DNA of 40,985 bases from Clostridia bacterium (GCA_045592225.1 JAZNUH010000094.1:1-40985), one strand, 5' to 3'. Numbered from the stretch's first letter, positions 9,959 to 20,278 are shown. The notes: generated by a model from the letters alone, not told the origin. A program made the numbers and translations.

Positions 9959-11410
9959 ATGCGATTAAGCCGAATACTTAAAAACGTAAATTGCGATATA
10001 AACGGCAAAGACGTTGAAATAACATCAATTGAATATGATTCCCGAAAGGTACGTGAGGGCTCTTTGTTTGTTGCAATAAAGGGCTACAGCACCGACGGAC
10101 ACCTTTATATTGATAAGGCAATAGAAAAGGGCGCGGCGGCAATTTTAGCAGAAAACTGTGATGCACAGGGCATAACTGTTGCAATAGCAAAGGACACACG
10201 CAAGGCGCTTGCTATGGCAGCTAAAGAGTTTTACGGCAACAGTGCTGACCGTCTTAAGATAATAGGTGTAACGGGAACCAACGGAAAAACGACAACAACC
10301 TTTCTTATAAAGCAGATTCTGGAGCTTGTGGGATACAAGACAGGACTTATAGGCACAAACCAGAATATGATTTGTGACAGAGTTATTGAAGCCAGCCGCA
10401 CAACCCCCGAATCGGCTGAACTGCACAAGCTTTTCGGCGAAATGGAGGATGCAGGTGTAACTCATGTAATTATGGAGGTTTCCTCCCATTCGCTTTATCT
10501 TGACAGAACCTATGGCATAAACTTTGAGGTGGGTGTGTTTACAAACCTTACACAGGATCACCTTGATTTTCACGGAACCATGGAAGAATATATGAAAAGC
10601 AAGGCAATCCTCTTTTCAAACTGCAAAAAGGGTTGCATAAACGTGGATGACAGCTGGGCGGACGGCATAATGAGCCGCGCTGCATGTCCCGTAAGCACCT
10701 ACGGCATAAAAAAGGCTTGTGACCTTAAGGCAGAAAACATCCGTATGAGTGAAAGAGGAGTAATATTCAGTCTTTACACCGACGGGGCTGAGCATACTGT
10801 AAGACTCGGCATACCGGGTAACTTTTCGGCATACAATGCTCTTTCGGCAATAGCCGCTTGTAAAGCACTTGACATAAGCATGGAAGACATTGTCAAGGGT
10901 CTTGTGGTTGCAAAGGGTGTAAAGGGCAGAGCAGAGGTGGTATCAATCCCCTCGCCTTATACAGTAATTATAGATTATGCACACACACCCGACGGGGTTG
11001 AAAATATAATAAATGCGGTAAAAAGCTTTGCAGAGGGCAGAATAATAACCCTTTTCGGCTGCGGCGGTGACCGTGACAGAACAAAAAGACCCATAATGGG
11101 CAAAATTGCGGCACAGCTTTCAGATTACTGCGTAGTAACAAGCGACAATCCCCGTACCGAAGACCCTGTTTCAATTATCAACGATATTTTAGAGGGTATG
11201 AAAGGCTTTGAAGACAAATACACCGTTGTACCAGACAGAGTACAGGCGATACGTACAGCTATGGAAATGGCAGGGGAAAAGGATATAATTATTCTTGCAG
11301 GCAAGGGTCACGAAACCTACCAGATACTCAAGGACAAAACAATAGATTTTGATGAGCGCGTTGTTGTAAAAAGTATATTCAAGGAATTGTCAGGAGAAGT
11401 AGATGATTAA
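9959..11410 (+). CDS. murE: UDP-N-acetylmuramoyl-L-alanyl-D-glutamate--meso-diaminopimelate ligase
   Basis: GVTGTNGKTT, TTPES, MEVSSH, FTNLTQDHLDFH, DYAHTPD, DNPR (meso-DAP specificity motif) and GKGHE. Confidence 0.97.
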   Translation: MRLSRILKNVNCDINGKDVEITSIEYDSRKVREGSLFVAIKGYSTDGHLYIDKAIEKGAAAILAENCDAQGITVAIAKDTRKALAMAAKEFYGNSADRLKIIGVTGTNGKTTTTFLIKQILELVGYKTGLIGTNQNMICDRVIEASRTTPESAELHKLFGEMEDAGVTHVIMEVSSHSLYLDRTYGINFEVGVFTNLTQDHLDFHGTMEEYMKSKAILFSNCKKGCINVDDSWADGIMSRAACPVSTYGIKKACDLKAENIRMSERGVIFSLYTDGAEHTVRLGIPGNFSAYNALSAIAACKALDISMEDIVKGLVVAKGVKGRAEVVSIPSPYTVIIDYAHTPDGVENIINAVKSFAEGRIITLFGCGGDRDRTKRPIMGKIAAQLSDYCVVTSDNPRTEDPVSIINDILEGMKGFEDKYTVVPDRVQAIRTAMEMAGEKDIIILAGKGHETYQILKDKTIDFDERVVVKSIFKELSGEVDD

Positions 11411-12746
11411 ATTAACCGCTAAAGAAATATGCAGTGCAGTAAAGGGTATACTGCAGGGAAACGGAGATATAGCTTTAACCGAGGTAAGCACAGACAGCCG
11501 CAAGGTAAATGAAAACTGCCTGTTTATAGGCATAAAGGGTGAAAACTTTGACGGCTCTCTTTATGCTGACAAGGCGCTTTGTGCAGGTGCAGCTGCAGCA
11601 CTTGTAAGCAGTGACATAAAAGCACCCGAGGGTAAGGCGGTTATAAAGGTAGATGACACACGTGCGGCACTTCTGGCCCTGGCAGGATATGTGCGTGACA
11701 AGTTTGACATAAAGCTTGTGGGTATAACAGGCAGTGTGGGTAAAACCACCACCAAAGAGATGATATACAAGGTTATGTCGGCAGGGTTTAATACCCATAA
11801 AACAGAAGGCAATTTTAATAATGATATAGGACTTCCGCTTACACTTTTAAAGCTTGCGGAGGGGCACAGCGCCGCAGTAATCGAAATGGGTATGAGTGCG
11901 GCGGGAGAAATTTCTGTTCTCACCCGAGTGGCAAAGCCTACCGCGGCGGTTATAACCAATATAGGAATGAGCCATATTGAACACCTTAAAACAAGAGAAA
12001 ACATTTTAAAAGCAAAGCTTGAAATACTTGAAGGCTTAAAGAGTGACGGTGTTCTCATAATAAACGGTGACGATGAATATCTTTCAAAGGTAGTCGACAC
12101 AGGCTTTAAAACAGTAAAATACGGCTTTGGCGAAAACTGTGATGTGAGAGGAGAAATAACCTCGGAAAATACCATGCTGGTATTTGGCGAAGAGGTTAAA
12201 ATACCCATAGAGGGCAGACATAATATGTACAATGCCCTGGCGGCAATTGCAGTGGGCAGAGAATACGGCATAAGCGTAAAGGATGCGGCACAGAGTATTG
12301 CACAGTTTAAAACCGACCAGAGACGTCAGAATACAGTTGACGTTGGCGGGGTTTCGGTTATATGTGATTATTACAATGCAAACCCCCAGTCAATGGCGGC
12401 GGCGCTTGAGCTTTTATGCGGCGGTGAAGCAAAAAGAAGAATAGCAGTATTGGGAGATATGCTCGAGCTTGGTGATTTCAGCAGGCAATGTCACGCCCAA
12501 ATTGGTGAAAAGGCGGCACAGACAGGAGTGGATATGATTTTTGCCTATGGCGAAATGGCAGAAACTCTTGTCAATGCGGCAAAGCAGGCAGGCATTGATA
12601 AAGCAACGGCATATTCTGATAAAAAACAACTTGCGGCAGAGCTTACAGCCACACTCGAAAAGGGTGACAAGGTACTTATCAAAGGCTCACGCGGAATGAA
12701 AATGGAAGAGGTTTACGAGGTGATTTCAAGTGAAATGGATAATTAG
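11403..12746 (+). CDS. murF: UDP-N-acetylmuramoyl-tripeptide--D-Ala-D-Ala ligase
   Basis: GITGSVGKTTTKE, GNFNNDIGLP, EMGM, YNANP.SM, LGDMLELG and KGSRG. Confidence 0.97.
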   Translation: MIKLTAKEICSAVKGILQGNGDIALTEVSTDSRKVNENCLFIGIKGENFDGSLYADKALCAGAAAALVSSDIKAPEGKAVIKVDDTRAALLALAGYVRDKFDIKLVGITGSVGKTTTKEMIYKVMSAGFNTHKTEGNFNNDIGLPLTLLKLAEGHSAAVIEMGMSAAGEISVLTRVAKPTAAVITNIGMSHIEHLKTRENILKAKLEILEGLKSDGVLIINGDDEYLSKVVDTGFKTVKYGFGENCDVRGEITSENTMLVFGEEVKIPIEGRHNMYNALAAIAVGREYGISVKDAAQSIAQFKTDQRRQNTVDVGGVSVICDYYNANPQSMAAALELLCGGEAKRRIAVLGDMLELGDFSRQCHAQIGEKAAQTGVDMIFAYGEMAETLVNAAKQAGIDKATAYSDKKQLAAELTATLEKGDKVLIKGSRGMKMEEVYEVISSEMDN

Positions 12747-13671
12747 TTTTATGGTGGCTTTTGCCGTTTCTGCTATATTGGGCAAGTTTTTAATTCCTGT
12801 ACTGCACCGAATGAAATTCGGTCAGCAGATAAGAGAGGAAGGCCCCAGCTGGCACGAGAAGAAAAGCGGCACACCTACCATGGGCGGTATAATGTTTATC
12901 ATTACCTTTATAGTGTGTGTGGCGGTGCTTATAAGAGATATAAGGGCAATCGCGGTAGCGGTAGCGGCTGTTTTGTTCGGAATTATCGGTTTTGCGGATG
13001 ACTATATAAAGGTAGTAAAAAAACGTAATCTGGGTCTTACTGCGGCACAGAAGTTCCTGGCACAGCTTGTTGTTGCCTGTGCATTTGTATTTACTCTTAT
13101 GTATACCAAAATGATTGATACCTCGGTATATGTACCCTTTTTCGGTGGAGTAAATCTTGGCTGGGCATTACCTCCGCTGGCGGTAATATTTATGGTTGGC
13201 ATGGTTAATGCAGTAAATCTTACCGACGGAATTGACGGTCTTGCAGGCTTTGTATCCCTTGCTGTTATACTGTTTTTTGCAGTAGCGGCGGCTATGGTGG
13301 GCAAAGAGGAAATAGGCATTTCAGCGGCAATAGCGGCAGGTGCCGTTTTAGGGTTTTTGGTATATAACATTCATCCTGCACAGGTGTTTATGGGCGATAC
13401 AGGCTCGCTGTTTCTGGGCGGCTTTATATCCGCCGTATCCATTGCAATGGGATTTGAAATACTGCTCATAATGTGCGGAATAATGTTTATCGTTGAAACA
13501 CTTTCGGTTATACTGCAGGTGGCTTCGTTTAAGCTTACCGGCAAACGCATATTTAAAATGAGCCCCATTCACCATCATTTTGAAATGTGCGGAATGAGTG
13601 AGAATGCAATTGTAATTATGTTTGTGGGAATAACAGTGGTAATGTGCATACTGGCATATTTTGCTGTATAA
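12730..13671 (+). CDS. mraY: Phospho-N-acetylmuramoyl-pentapeptide transferase
   Basis: KSGTPTMGG, DDYIK, NAVNLTDGIDGLA, FMGDTGS and PIHHHFE; multiple TM helices. Confidence 0.97.
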   Translation: MKWIISFMVAFAVSAILGKFLIPVLHRMKFGQQIREEGPSWHEKKSGTPTMGGIMFIITFIVCVAVLIRDIRAIAVAVAAVLFGIIGFADDYIKVVKKRNLGLTAAQKFLAQLVVACAFVFTLMYTKMIDTSVYVPFFGGVNLGWALPPLAVIFMVGMVNAVNLTDGIDGLAGFVSLAVILFFAVAAAMVGKEEIGISAAIAAGAVLGFLVYNIHPAQVFMGDTGSLFLGGFISAVSIAMGFEILLIMCGIMFIVETLSVILQVASFKLTGKRIFKMSPIHHHFEMCGMSENAIVIMFVGITVVMCILAYFAV

Positions 13672-13681
13672 GGAGTTTAAT

Positions 13682-14842
13682 ATGGCACGCAGAAGGCAGA
13701 GCTTAAAAATTAATAAAAGAAGCAAAAAGGGTGGTATTGATATGCCTCTCTTTATTACCTTGCTTATAATGCTTGCCTTTGGTCTTATAATGATATTCAG
13801 CGCAAGCTCACCCTCGGCATATTACGAGGTGGGCGACAAATTTTACTACATAAAAAGACAGCTTTTGTTTACGGTAGTGGGATTTGCGTGTATGGTATGG
13901 GCAATGAACATATCAATAAAAACTATAAAAAAGTATGCTCCCCATCTGTGCCTTGTTTCGCTGATACTGATGATTGCAGTTATATTTGTAGGACAGTCGG
14001 GCGGTGGTGCACAGAGATGGCTGGCTTTCGGGCCAATCACCTTTCAGCCCTCCGAGCTTGCCAAATACGCACTTGTGTTTTATTTTGCAAAGCTTTTAAC
14101 CGAGCGCCCCAAAAATCATCTTGATAATTTTGTCAGCGGATTTCTTCCCTATATAGGTATAATGGGTGCTTTTGCACTTTGCCTTTTTTTACAGGACCAC
14201 TTAAGCGGTATAGTAATTATTTTTGCATCGCTTATGGTATTACTGTTTGCGGCAGGGGCAAAGCCTTCGCATTTTATTGTGGTTCTGATAGTGGGTGTAA
14301 TTGGCCTGTTTGTACTGGCGTATATTGAACCCTACAGACTTAAAAGACTTACAGCCTTTATAGACCCATTTGGAGATAAAATGGACACAGGCTGGCAGAT
14401 AGTTCAGGGACTTTATGCAATAGGCTCGGGCGGAATGTTTGGCAGAGGTCTGGGACAGAGCCGACAAAAGTTTTTGTACATACCCGAAGCGCACAATGAC
14501 TATATATATGCGATAATCTGTGAAGAGCTGGGCTTTATCGGAGCACTTGCGGTAGCAATACTCTTTGCGGTGTTTATTACAAGAGGAATATATATTGCTT
14601 TGAATTGTCCCGATAAGTTTACATCACTGGTGGCATTCGGAATAACCTCGGTGCTGGGTCTTCAGTATCTTATAAATGTAGGGGTTGTTACTTCTGCCAT
14701 TCCAAACACAGGTATGCAGCTGCCTTTCTTCAGCGCCGGCGGAACATCACTTTTAATTATGATGACAGCGGTGGGTGTATTGCTTAACATTTCGCGGTAT
14801 GCCAAAAAGAAGGAATCGGAAGGAGAAGAGGCGGAAAAATGA
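13682..14842 (+). CDS. ftsW: SEDS peptidoglycan glycosyltransferase FtsW/SpoVE
   Basis: GAQRW, QPSELAK, GSGG.FGRGLG.S.QK..YIPEAHNDYI..IICEELG and LPFFSAGGTS. Start set at ATG 13682 after AAGGAG. Confidence 0.93.
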   Translation: MARRRQSLKINKRSKKGGIDMPLFITLLIMLAFGLIMIFSASSPSAYYEVGDKFYYIKRQLLFTVVGFACMVWAMNISIKTIKKYAPHLCLVSLILMIAVIFVGQSGGGAQRWLAFGPITFQPSELAKYALVFYFAKLLTERPKNHLDNFVSGFLPYIGIMGAFALCLFLQDHLSGIVIIFASLMVLLFAAGAKPSHFIVVLIVGVIGLFVLAYIEPYRLKRLTAFIDPFGDKMDTGWQIVQGLYAIGSGGMFGRGLGQSRQKFLYIPEAHNDYIYAIICEELGFIGALAVAILFAVFITRGIYIALNCPDKFTSLVAFGITSVLGLQYLINVGVVTSAIPNTGMQLPFFSAGGTSLLIMMTAVGVLLNISRYAKKKESEGEEAEK

Positions 14843-15927
14843 GAATTATTTTGTCAGGCGGAGGTACAGCAGGACACATAAACCCTGCTATTGCAATAGC
14901 AAATTATTTTAAAAGCCGTGAACCCGACTGTGAAATTTTATTTATAGGAACTCCGGGCGGAATGGAATGCGGTCTTGTAGAAAGAGAAGGCTATCCCATG
15001 CGCCATATAAAGGTGACGGGACTTAAAAGAAGCCTTAGCCTTGACACGATAAAAACCTTGAAAAATGCCGTAACCTCCTATTCTGCGGCGAAAAAAATTA
15101 TAAAGGAATTCGCCCCTGATGCAGTTATAGGAACAGGTGGATATGTTTGTGCGCCTGTTATGTTTGCGGCGGCACACTATAAAATACCCACCCTTGTGCA
15201 CGAGCAAAATGTAATTCCCGGTCTTACGGTAAAAATGCTTGCAAACTGTGTGGATGTAACTGCAATAAGCTTTGAAGAAACAGTGCAGTACCTTAAAAAA
15301 GTACGTCGCACAGAGCTTGTGGGCAATCCTATACGAAACGGCATTCTTTCTGCCAAAAAGACAGAAAATGACGAACCTGTTGTGCTTATCAGCGGCGGCA
15401 GTCTTGGTGCGGACAGTATTAACAATGCACTTGTAGAGCTGCTTGGTCTGCCGGGACAGGGGTATTATAAAATTATTGCTTCGGTAGGACAGAGAAATTA
15501 CGATAAAATAATGCAAAAAATTAAGGAAGCAGGTATTACTCCCGGCCCTGATAAAGAAATTCTTCCTTATATATATAATATGGATGAAGTACTGGCAATG
15601 GCAGATGTGGCAATTACACGCGCCGGAGCTATAACGGTAAGCGAGCTTTGTGCAATAGGTAAGCCGGCAATTATAATTCCAAGCCCCAATGTTGCACACA
15701 ATCATCAGCTTTACAATGCGCGCTATATGGAAAAACGCGGCGCGGCAGTAGTAATACTTGAAGAGGAGCTGACGGGTAAGCTGTTGGCAGAGCAGATTAA
15801 AAAACTTCTTTCAGACAAAGAACTTCTTAAAAAGATGAGCCGGGCAGGTAAGGCGGCGGCAATAACCACCTCTTGTGAGGGTATATATAATATAATGAAG
15901 GAACTCATCATAAAAAGGGGCAAGTAA
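14839..15927 (+). CDS. murG: Undecaprenyl-PP-MurNAc-pentapeptide GlcNAc transferase
   Basis: GGGTAGHINP, GTGGYV, HEQN, GNPIR, GGSLGA, RAGA and HQ..NA. Confidence 0.97.
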   Translation: MRIILSGGGTAGHINPAIAIANYFKSREPDCEILFIGTPGGMECGLVEREGYPMRHIKVTGLKRSLSLDTIKTLKNAVTSYSAAKKIIKEFAPDAVIGTGGYVCAPVMFAAAHYKIPTLVHEQNVIPGLTVKMLANCVDVTAISFEETVQYLKKVRRTELVGNPIRNGILSAKKTENDEPVVLISGGSLGADSINNALVELLGLPGQGYYKIIASVGQRNYDKIMQKIKEAGITPGPDKEILPYIYNMDEVLAMADVAITRAGAITVSELCAIGKPAIIIPSPNVAHNHQLYNARYMEKRGAAVVILEEELTGKLLAEQIKKLLSDKELLKKMSRAGKAAAITTSCEGIYNIMKELIIKRGK

Positions 15928-15954
15928 CCACTTTCGGCATCTTTGCATAGTATG
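15926..15954 (+). promoter_or_regulatory. Possible mother-cell (sigmaK/sigmaE-type) promoter for murA
   Basis: AACC (15926-15929)-N16-CATAGTATG (15946-15954) fits the sigmaK consensus (mACm-N16-CATAnnnT); the -10 also fits sigmaE. Confidence 0.4.
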
Positions 15955-15973
15955 TATTTGCGGAGGTGCTTTG

Positions 15974-17224
15974 ATGAGCAAAATTATAATTAACGGAGGA
16001 CGTCCCCTTCGGGGCAGTGTGAGTGTTCAGGGAGCAAAGAATTCAGTTTTACCTATTCTTGCGGCAACAATACTCAGCGGCTGCGAAAGTGTAATAGAGG
16101 GATGCCCCGATTTAAACGACGTAGATTATTCCATACAGATTTTAGAATACTTAGGATGCAAGGTAAAAAGGGAAGGCAGTACCATAACTGTTGATTCATC
16201 TACCGTAAAAACCAGCTGCATTCCCGATGAGCTTATGTGTAAAATGCGCTCGTCCATTACCTTTTTAGGCCCTATTACCGCCCGCTGCGGAAGTGCATAT
16301 ATGTGTTCTCCCGGCGGATGTGAGTTGGGTCCCCGTCCCATTGACCTACATATAAAGGCTTTGGGTAAAATGGGTGCCGAGGTGACTGAACAGGGCGGAC
16401 ATGTAAAGGCAGTTGCACCCGGTCTTATAGGCAGGGATTTGCATCTGGATTTCCCGAGTGTGGGCGCTACCGAGAATATTATGATGGCGGCAACACTTGC
16501 AAAGGGAACAACAATAATTACAAATGCGGCAAAGGAACCCGAAATAGTGGATTTGCAAAACTTTCTTGTAAAGATGGGCGCAAAAATCCGCGGCGCAGGA
16601 AGTGACGTAATCATTATAGAAGGCGTAACACGTCTTTATCCTGTAACCCACAGAATAATACCTGACAGAATTGTAGCGGCAACCTATCTTTGTGCCGCGG
16701 CAATGACAGGCGGCAAGGCAGAGCTTAAAAATGTAAAGCCGGGTCATATCCGCGCCATACTTTCTGCTTTAAAGGATACAGGTGCGGCGGTTATAAGCCG
16801 CAAAAATTCGGTGCTTGTTACAGCAGGGTCACGTCTTTTGCCTTTAAACATACTGCGTACCCTTCCATATCCGGGTTTTCCCACCGATGCACAGGCGATG
16901 CTCACCGCAATGCTGTGTGTGGCAGACGGAACAAGCATAGTGGTTGAAAGCATTTTTGAAAACCGTTTCCGTCATTGTCCCGAGCTTTGTAAAATGGGCG
17001 CAAAAATAAATGCCCACGGTAATGTGGCGGTTATAAAGGGTGTAAAGCACCTTACCGGTGCCGAGGTAACTGCGGCAGAGCTTCGCGGTGGTGCGGCGCT
17101 TACCGTTGCAGGTGTTGCAGCAAGAGGAAAAAGTGTGGTACACGGAACAGAATATATTCACAGAGGCTACTCTGATATAGTTGGTGATTTATGTTGCCTC
17201 GGGGCGGACATAACGGAGGAATGA
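15974..17224 (+). CDS. murA: UDP-N-acetylglucosamine 1-carboxyvinyltransferase
   Basis: GAKNS, PGGC.LG.RP.DLH (catalytic Cys retained), SVGATEN, AKEPEI, PYPGFPTD and FENRF; GGAGG RBS. Confidence 0.96.
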   Translation: MSKIIINGGRPLRGSVSVQGAKNSVLPILAATILSGCESVIEGCPDLNDVDYSIQILEYLGCKVKREGSTITVDSSTVKTSCIPDELMCKMRSSITFLGPITARCGSAYMCSPGGCELGPRPIDLHIKALGKMGAEVTEQGGHVKAVAPGLIGRDLHLDFPSVGATENIMMAATLAKGTTIITNAAKEPEIVDLQNFLVKMGAKIRGAGSDVIIIEGVTRLYPVTHRIIPDRIVAATYLCAAAMTGGKAELKNVKPGHIRAILSALKDTGAAVISRKNSVLVTAGSRLLPLNILRTLPYPGFPTDAQAMLTAMLCVADGTSIVVESIFENRFRHCPELCKMGAKINAHGNVAVIKGVKHLTGAEVTAAELRGGAALTVAGVAARGKSVVHGTEYIHRGYSDIVGDLCCLGADITEE

Positions 17225-17227
17225 TAA

Positions 17228-17968
17228 ATGACAAAGAAAAGAAAAAAACGCAGACGTATAAGGAAGCTTCCAATACTCATTCTGCTTTTTATAATAGCCA
17301 TAACAGTTACCCTTACAACGCCAACCTTTAATATAAAAACCATACAGGTAAGCGGTAATGAAAAGGTTGCAAGCGAGGAGATTGTGCTAAATTCGGGAAT
17401 ATTAACAGGAACAAATCTTTTTACCTTTAGTAAAGGCAGTGCAACAGAAGGAATAAAAAGGCTTGCGTATATAGATACGGTTAAAATACAAAGAAAAATA
17501 CCAAAAACAGTTCTTATAACCGTTACCGAGTGTGTGCTGGCGGCATATATTGATGACGGCACACAGCTGGTAGGTATAGATAAAAAGGGAAAAGTACTTG
17601 AACTTTTCCCTCAAAATACCAATTTGGACAAGCCTGTGGTAAAGGGAATTACCACAGCGACATGTAATGTCGGTGAAACAATAGTAACCGAGCCTGCAGA
17701 AATGGCAGATACTCTTGTAAGATTTATTTCAAAGCTTGATGAGTATGGCGCACTTGCCGTTACTGCAGAAATAAGAATGAATTCACGTACCGATATGCAG
17801 TTTGTAACAAAATCGGGGCTCAGGGTAATGATGGGCTCGGAGAGTGAAATGGATTATAAATTCAAGTATTATGAGTCGGTGCTTCAGAAAATAGGCGAGG
17901 ATGCCGGCGGAGTACTGGATATTACAAGCGGCAGCGAAAAAGCAACCTACAGAAAGAGTGATGATTAA
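17228..17968 (+). CDS. divIB: Cell division protein FtsQ/DivIB
   Basis: Basic N-terminus, TM helix and POTRA domain (FNIKTIQVSGN...YIDTVKIQRKIPKTVLITVTE); dcw position. Confidence 0.88.
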   Translation: MTKKRKKRRRIRKLPILILLFIIAITVTLTTPTFNIKTIQVSGNEKVASEEIVLNSGILTGTNLFTFSKGSATEGIKRLAYIDTVKIQRKIPKTVLITVTECVLAAYIDDGTQLVGIDKKGKVLELFPQNTNLDKPVVKGITTATCNVGETIVTEPAEMADTLVRFISKLDEYGALAVTAEIRMNSRTDMQFVTKSGLRVMMGSESEMDYKFKYYESVLQKIGEDAGGVLDITSGSEKATYRKSDD

Positions 17969-18687
17969 TGAAAATCAAAAGTTCGCAGCTTGCTATCGGA
18001 CTTGTCTGTATTCTACTTGGCTTTGTCATAACAATGCAGATAAAAAGTGTAAGCTTTAATACCAACCGTGAAACGGCAATAAAAAGCGGAAACACCCGTC
18101 TTGAAGAGGCAAGCAGTCTTAAGGCCGAGAATGAAGAGCTTAAGAAAAAAATTATTATGCTTGAGGAAGAAATAGACTTTTACAACCAGAACTTAGGTGC
18201 AACAGGGGACGGAAGGGTTATGCTTGAGCAGATTAAGAGGGCAGAAACTCTTGCAGGTCTTACAAGCCTCACAGGCGAGGGTGTGGTTGTCACAATGAAT
18301 GACAGTAAGGCAAAGGGAGCAGATGGCGTCTCGTCAGAAAACTATCTCATACACGATGATGACGTGCGCAAGGTTGTAAACGAGCTTTTTGCGGCGGGCG
18401 CCGAGGCAATATCCATAAACGGGGAACGAATGATAGTTACCTCTGCCATAAGATGTGTAGGACCTGTGATAGTAATAAACAATAACAGGTATTCACCACC
18501 CTACGTTATAAGCGCAATAGGGGACAGAAAAACACTTTCGGCTGCGCTCAACCAGAGAGACGGTGTTGTAGACACACTGCGAAACCTCTGGAAGATTGAA
18601 ATAGATATCGTGGAAAAGGAAAAAGTGGTTATTCCGCGGTACACCGGAACAACAACATTCAAATATGCCAAAAAAACAGCGGAGTAG
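17968..18687 (+). CDS. DUF881 family membrane-anchored coiled-coil protein (YlxW/YlxX-like)
   Basis: AGLT.L.GEGVVVTMND, IHDDD...VVNELFAAGAEAISING.R...SAIRCVG and PYVISAIG. Confidence 0.9.
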   Translation: MKIKSSQLAIGLVCILLGFVITMQIKSVSFNTNRETAIKSGNTRLEEASSLKAENEELKKKIIMLEEEIDFYNQNLGATGDGRVMLEQIKRAETLAGLTSLTGEGVVVTMNDSKAKGADGVSSENYLIHDDDVRKVVNELFAAGAEAISINGERMIVTSAIRCVGPVIVINNNRYSPPYVISAIGDRKTLSAALNQRDGVVDTLRNLWKIEIDIVEKEKVVIPRYTGTTTFKYAKKTAE

Positions 18688-18699
18688 GAGGGGATAAGC

Positions 18700-19074
18700 T
18701 TGATAGCCATAACAGGACTGCTGATTGGGGTTGCGCTGGCATTTTGTATAAACTTCCATATTCCGGATGCTTATACAGTATATGTTGCGGTAGGAATTTT
18801 GGCTGCACTCGACTCTGTTTTCGGGGGAATTGCGGCATCAATGAAGAAAAAATTTAATATTGTAATCTTTCTTACAGGGTTTTTCAGCAATGTTTTAATT
18901 GCGGCGGGACTCACATATTTTGGAAAAATCCTTGGTTTGGACCTATATATGGCAGCAATTATAGTGTTTGGAACAAGATTATTTCAAAATTTTGCAATAA
19001 TTCGCAGATTACTATTGATTAAATTGGAAAAAAGAGATAAAATATATGTTAGTGAAAACTCAGATGAGGACTAA
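18700..19074 (+). CDS. sbp: Small basic protein (DUF1290) membrane protein
   Basis: [10 protein letters not shown]...F.TGFF.N...A..L...G..LG.DLY.AAI..FG.RLF.NFA.IRR; follows the DUF881 gene as in Bacillus/Clostridia. Confidence 0.88.
   Translation: MIAITGLLIGVALAFCINFHIPDAYTVYVAVGILAALDSVFGGIAASMKKKFNIVIFLTGFFSNVLIAAGLTYFGKILGLDLYMAAIIVFGTRLFQNFAIIRRLLLIKLEKRDKIYVSENSDED
19015..19043 (+). promoter_or_regulatory. Internal sigmaA promoter for ftsZ within the sbp 3' end
   Basis: TTGATT (19015-19020)-N17-TAAAAT (19038-19043), 45 bp before the ftsZ ATG. Confidence 0.55.
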
Positions 19075-19088
19075 GGAGGAATTTTGAA

Positions 19089-20150
19089 ATGAATGCATCC
19101 GATATGAATTTAGCACAGGTTATAAAGGTAATAGGTGTTGGCGGCGGCGGAAGCAACGCTGTTGACAGAATGATTGACGCCGGACTTCAGGGCGTGGAAT
19201 TTCTGGCAGTAAATACCGATAGCCAGGCACTTGGAAAATCCAAGGCACAGGAAAAAATACAGATAGGCGAAAAAATAACAAAAGGTCAGGGCGCAGGTGC
19301 TGACCCCGAAATAGGCAGAAAGGCTGCTGAAGAAAGCAGAGGCAGTATTGAAGCTGCTATTAAAGACGCTGACATGATTTTTGTTACAGCAGGTATGGGC
19401 GGCGGAACAGGTACCGGCGCAGCTCCCATTGTTGCATCCATGGCAAAGGAAATGGGTATTCTTACAGTAGGTGTTGTAACAAAGCCCTTCTCTTTCGAAG
19501 CAAGACGCAGAATGACTCAGGCAGAAGCTGGTATTGCAGCGCTGAGCGAAGCTGTTGATACAATAATTGTTATCCCCAATGACAGACTGCTGTCCATAAG
19601 CAGCGCTAAAACAACTCTTACAGATTCCTTTAAGATGGCAGACGAAAGCCTCCGTCAGGGTGTACAGGGTGTATCCGATCTTATTTACAGACCCGGTATC
19701 ATGAACGTTGACTTTGCCGACGTTACAGCTATTATGAAGGACGCAGGCTTTGCTCATATGGGTATAGGCAGAGCAAGAGGCGACAACAGAGCAGAAGAAG
19801 CAGCTCGTATGGCTATTGAAAGTCCCCTGCTTGAAACAACCATCGACGGTGCAACAGGTGTTCTTATCAACATCACAGCAAGCGAAGAAAGCCTTACACT
19901 CTTCGAATTCAATGCAGCAGCAGAACTCATCCACAGCTGTGCAGACCCCAATGCTAACATTATCGTTGGTACATCCACAGATGAAAACCTGGGTGATGAC
20001 CTTATGGTTACTGTTATTGCTACAGGGTTCCAGAAGAAGAACGCAAAGAACATTACCGACCCCACAACATTCGTAGCAGGCGGAAATGCTTCATCCTTCG
20101 ATTCTGAAGATTTACAGCTGCCCGATTTTCTTAAAAAGACAGAATTCTAA
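19089..20150 (+). CDS. ftsZ: Cell division protein FtsZ
   Basis: [14 protein letters not shown], tubulin signature [15 protein letters not shown] and C-terminal peptide [10 protein letters not shown]. Confidence 0.99.
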   Translation: MNASDMNLAQVIKVIGVGGGGSNAVDRMIDAGLQGVEFLAVNTDSQALGKSKAQEKIQIGEKITKGQGAGADPEIGRKAAEESRGSIEAAIKDADMIFVTAGMGGGTGTGAAPIVASMAKEMGILTVGVVTKPFSFEARRRMTQAEAGIAALSEAVDTIIVIPNDRLLSISSAKTTLTDSFKMADESLRQGVQGVSDLIYRPGIMNVDFADVTAIMKDAGFAHMGIGRARGDNRAEEAARMAIESPLLETTIDGATGVLINITASEESLTLFEFNAAAELIHSCADPNANIIVGTSTDENLGDDLMVTVIATGFQKKNAKNITDPTTFVAGGNASSFDSEDLQLPDFLKKTEF

Positions 20151-20166
20151 TTTATAAAGTACATAT

Positions 20167-20197
20167 AAAAGTCTCCGCTATTGGCGGAGACTTTTTT
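20167..20197 (+). terminator. Rho-independent terminator of the dcw operon
   Basis: aaaagtctccgc-tattg-gcggagactttt followed by a T run. Confidence 0.88.
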
Positions 20198-20278
20198 GCT
20201 GATAAGCCAAAAACAGAAAAAGTGATGCACAAGGTATTGTGTTTTCGTTTTAAATAAAAACACATTATAATGGGGGAG

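Noticed and set aside
15561-15580. ttcttccttatatatataat in murG, resembling the reverse complement of the 20297-20320 motif
   Set aside because: It encodes the conserved MurG segment LPYIYNM and is explained by protein constraint.
19110-19934. 274-aa antisense ORF over ftsZ, and similar antisense ORFs over gap (2324-2896), LCP (3702-4415), murF (11561-12271) and murG (14938-15705)
   Set aside because: They lie wholly opposite well-conserved genes and show no RBS or motifs. They are the expected shadows of codon bias.
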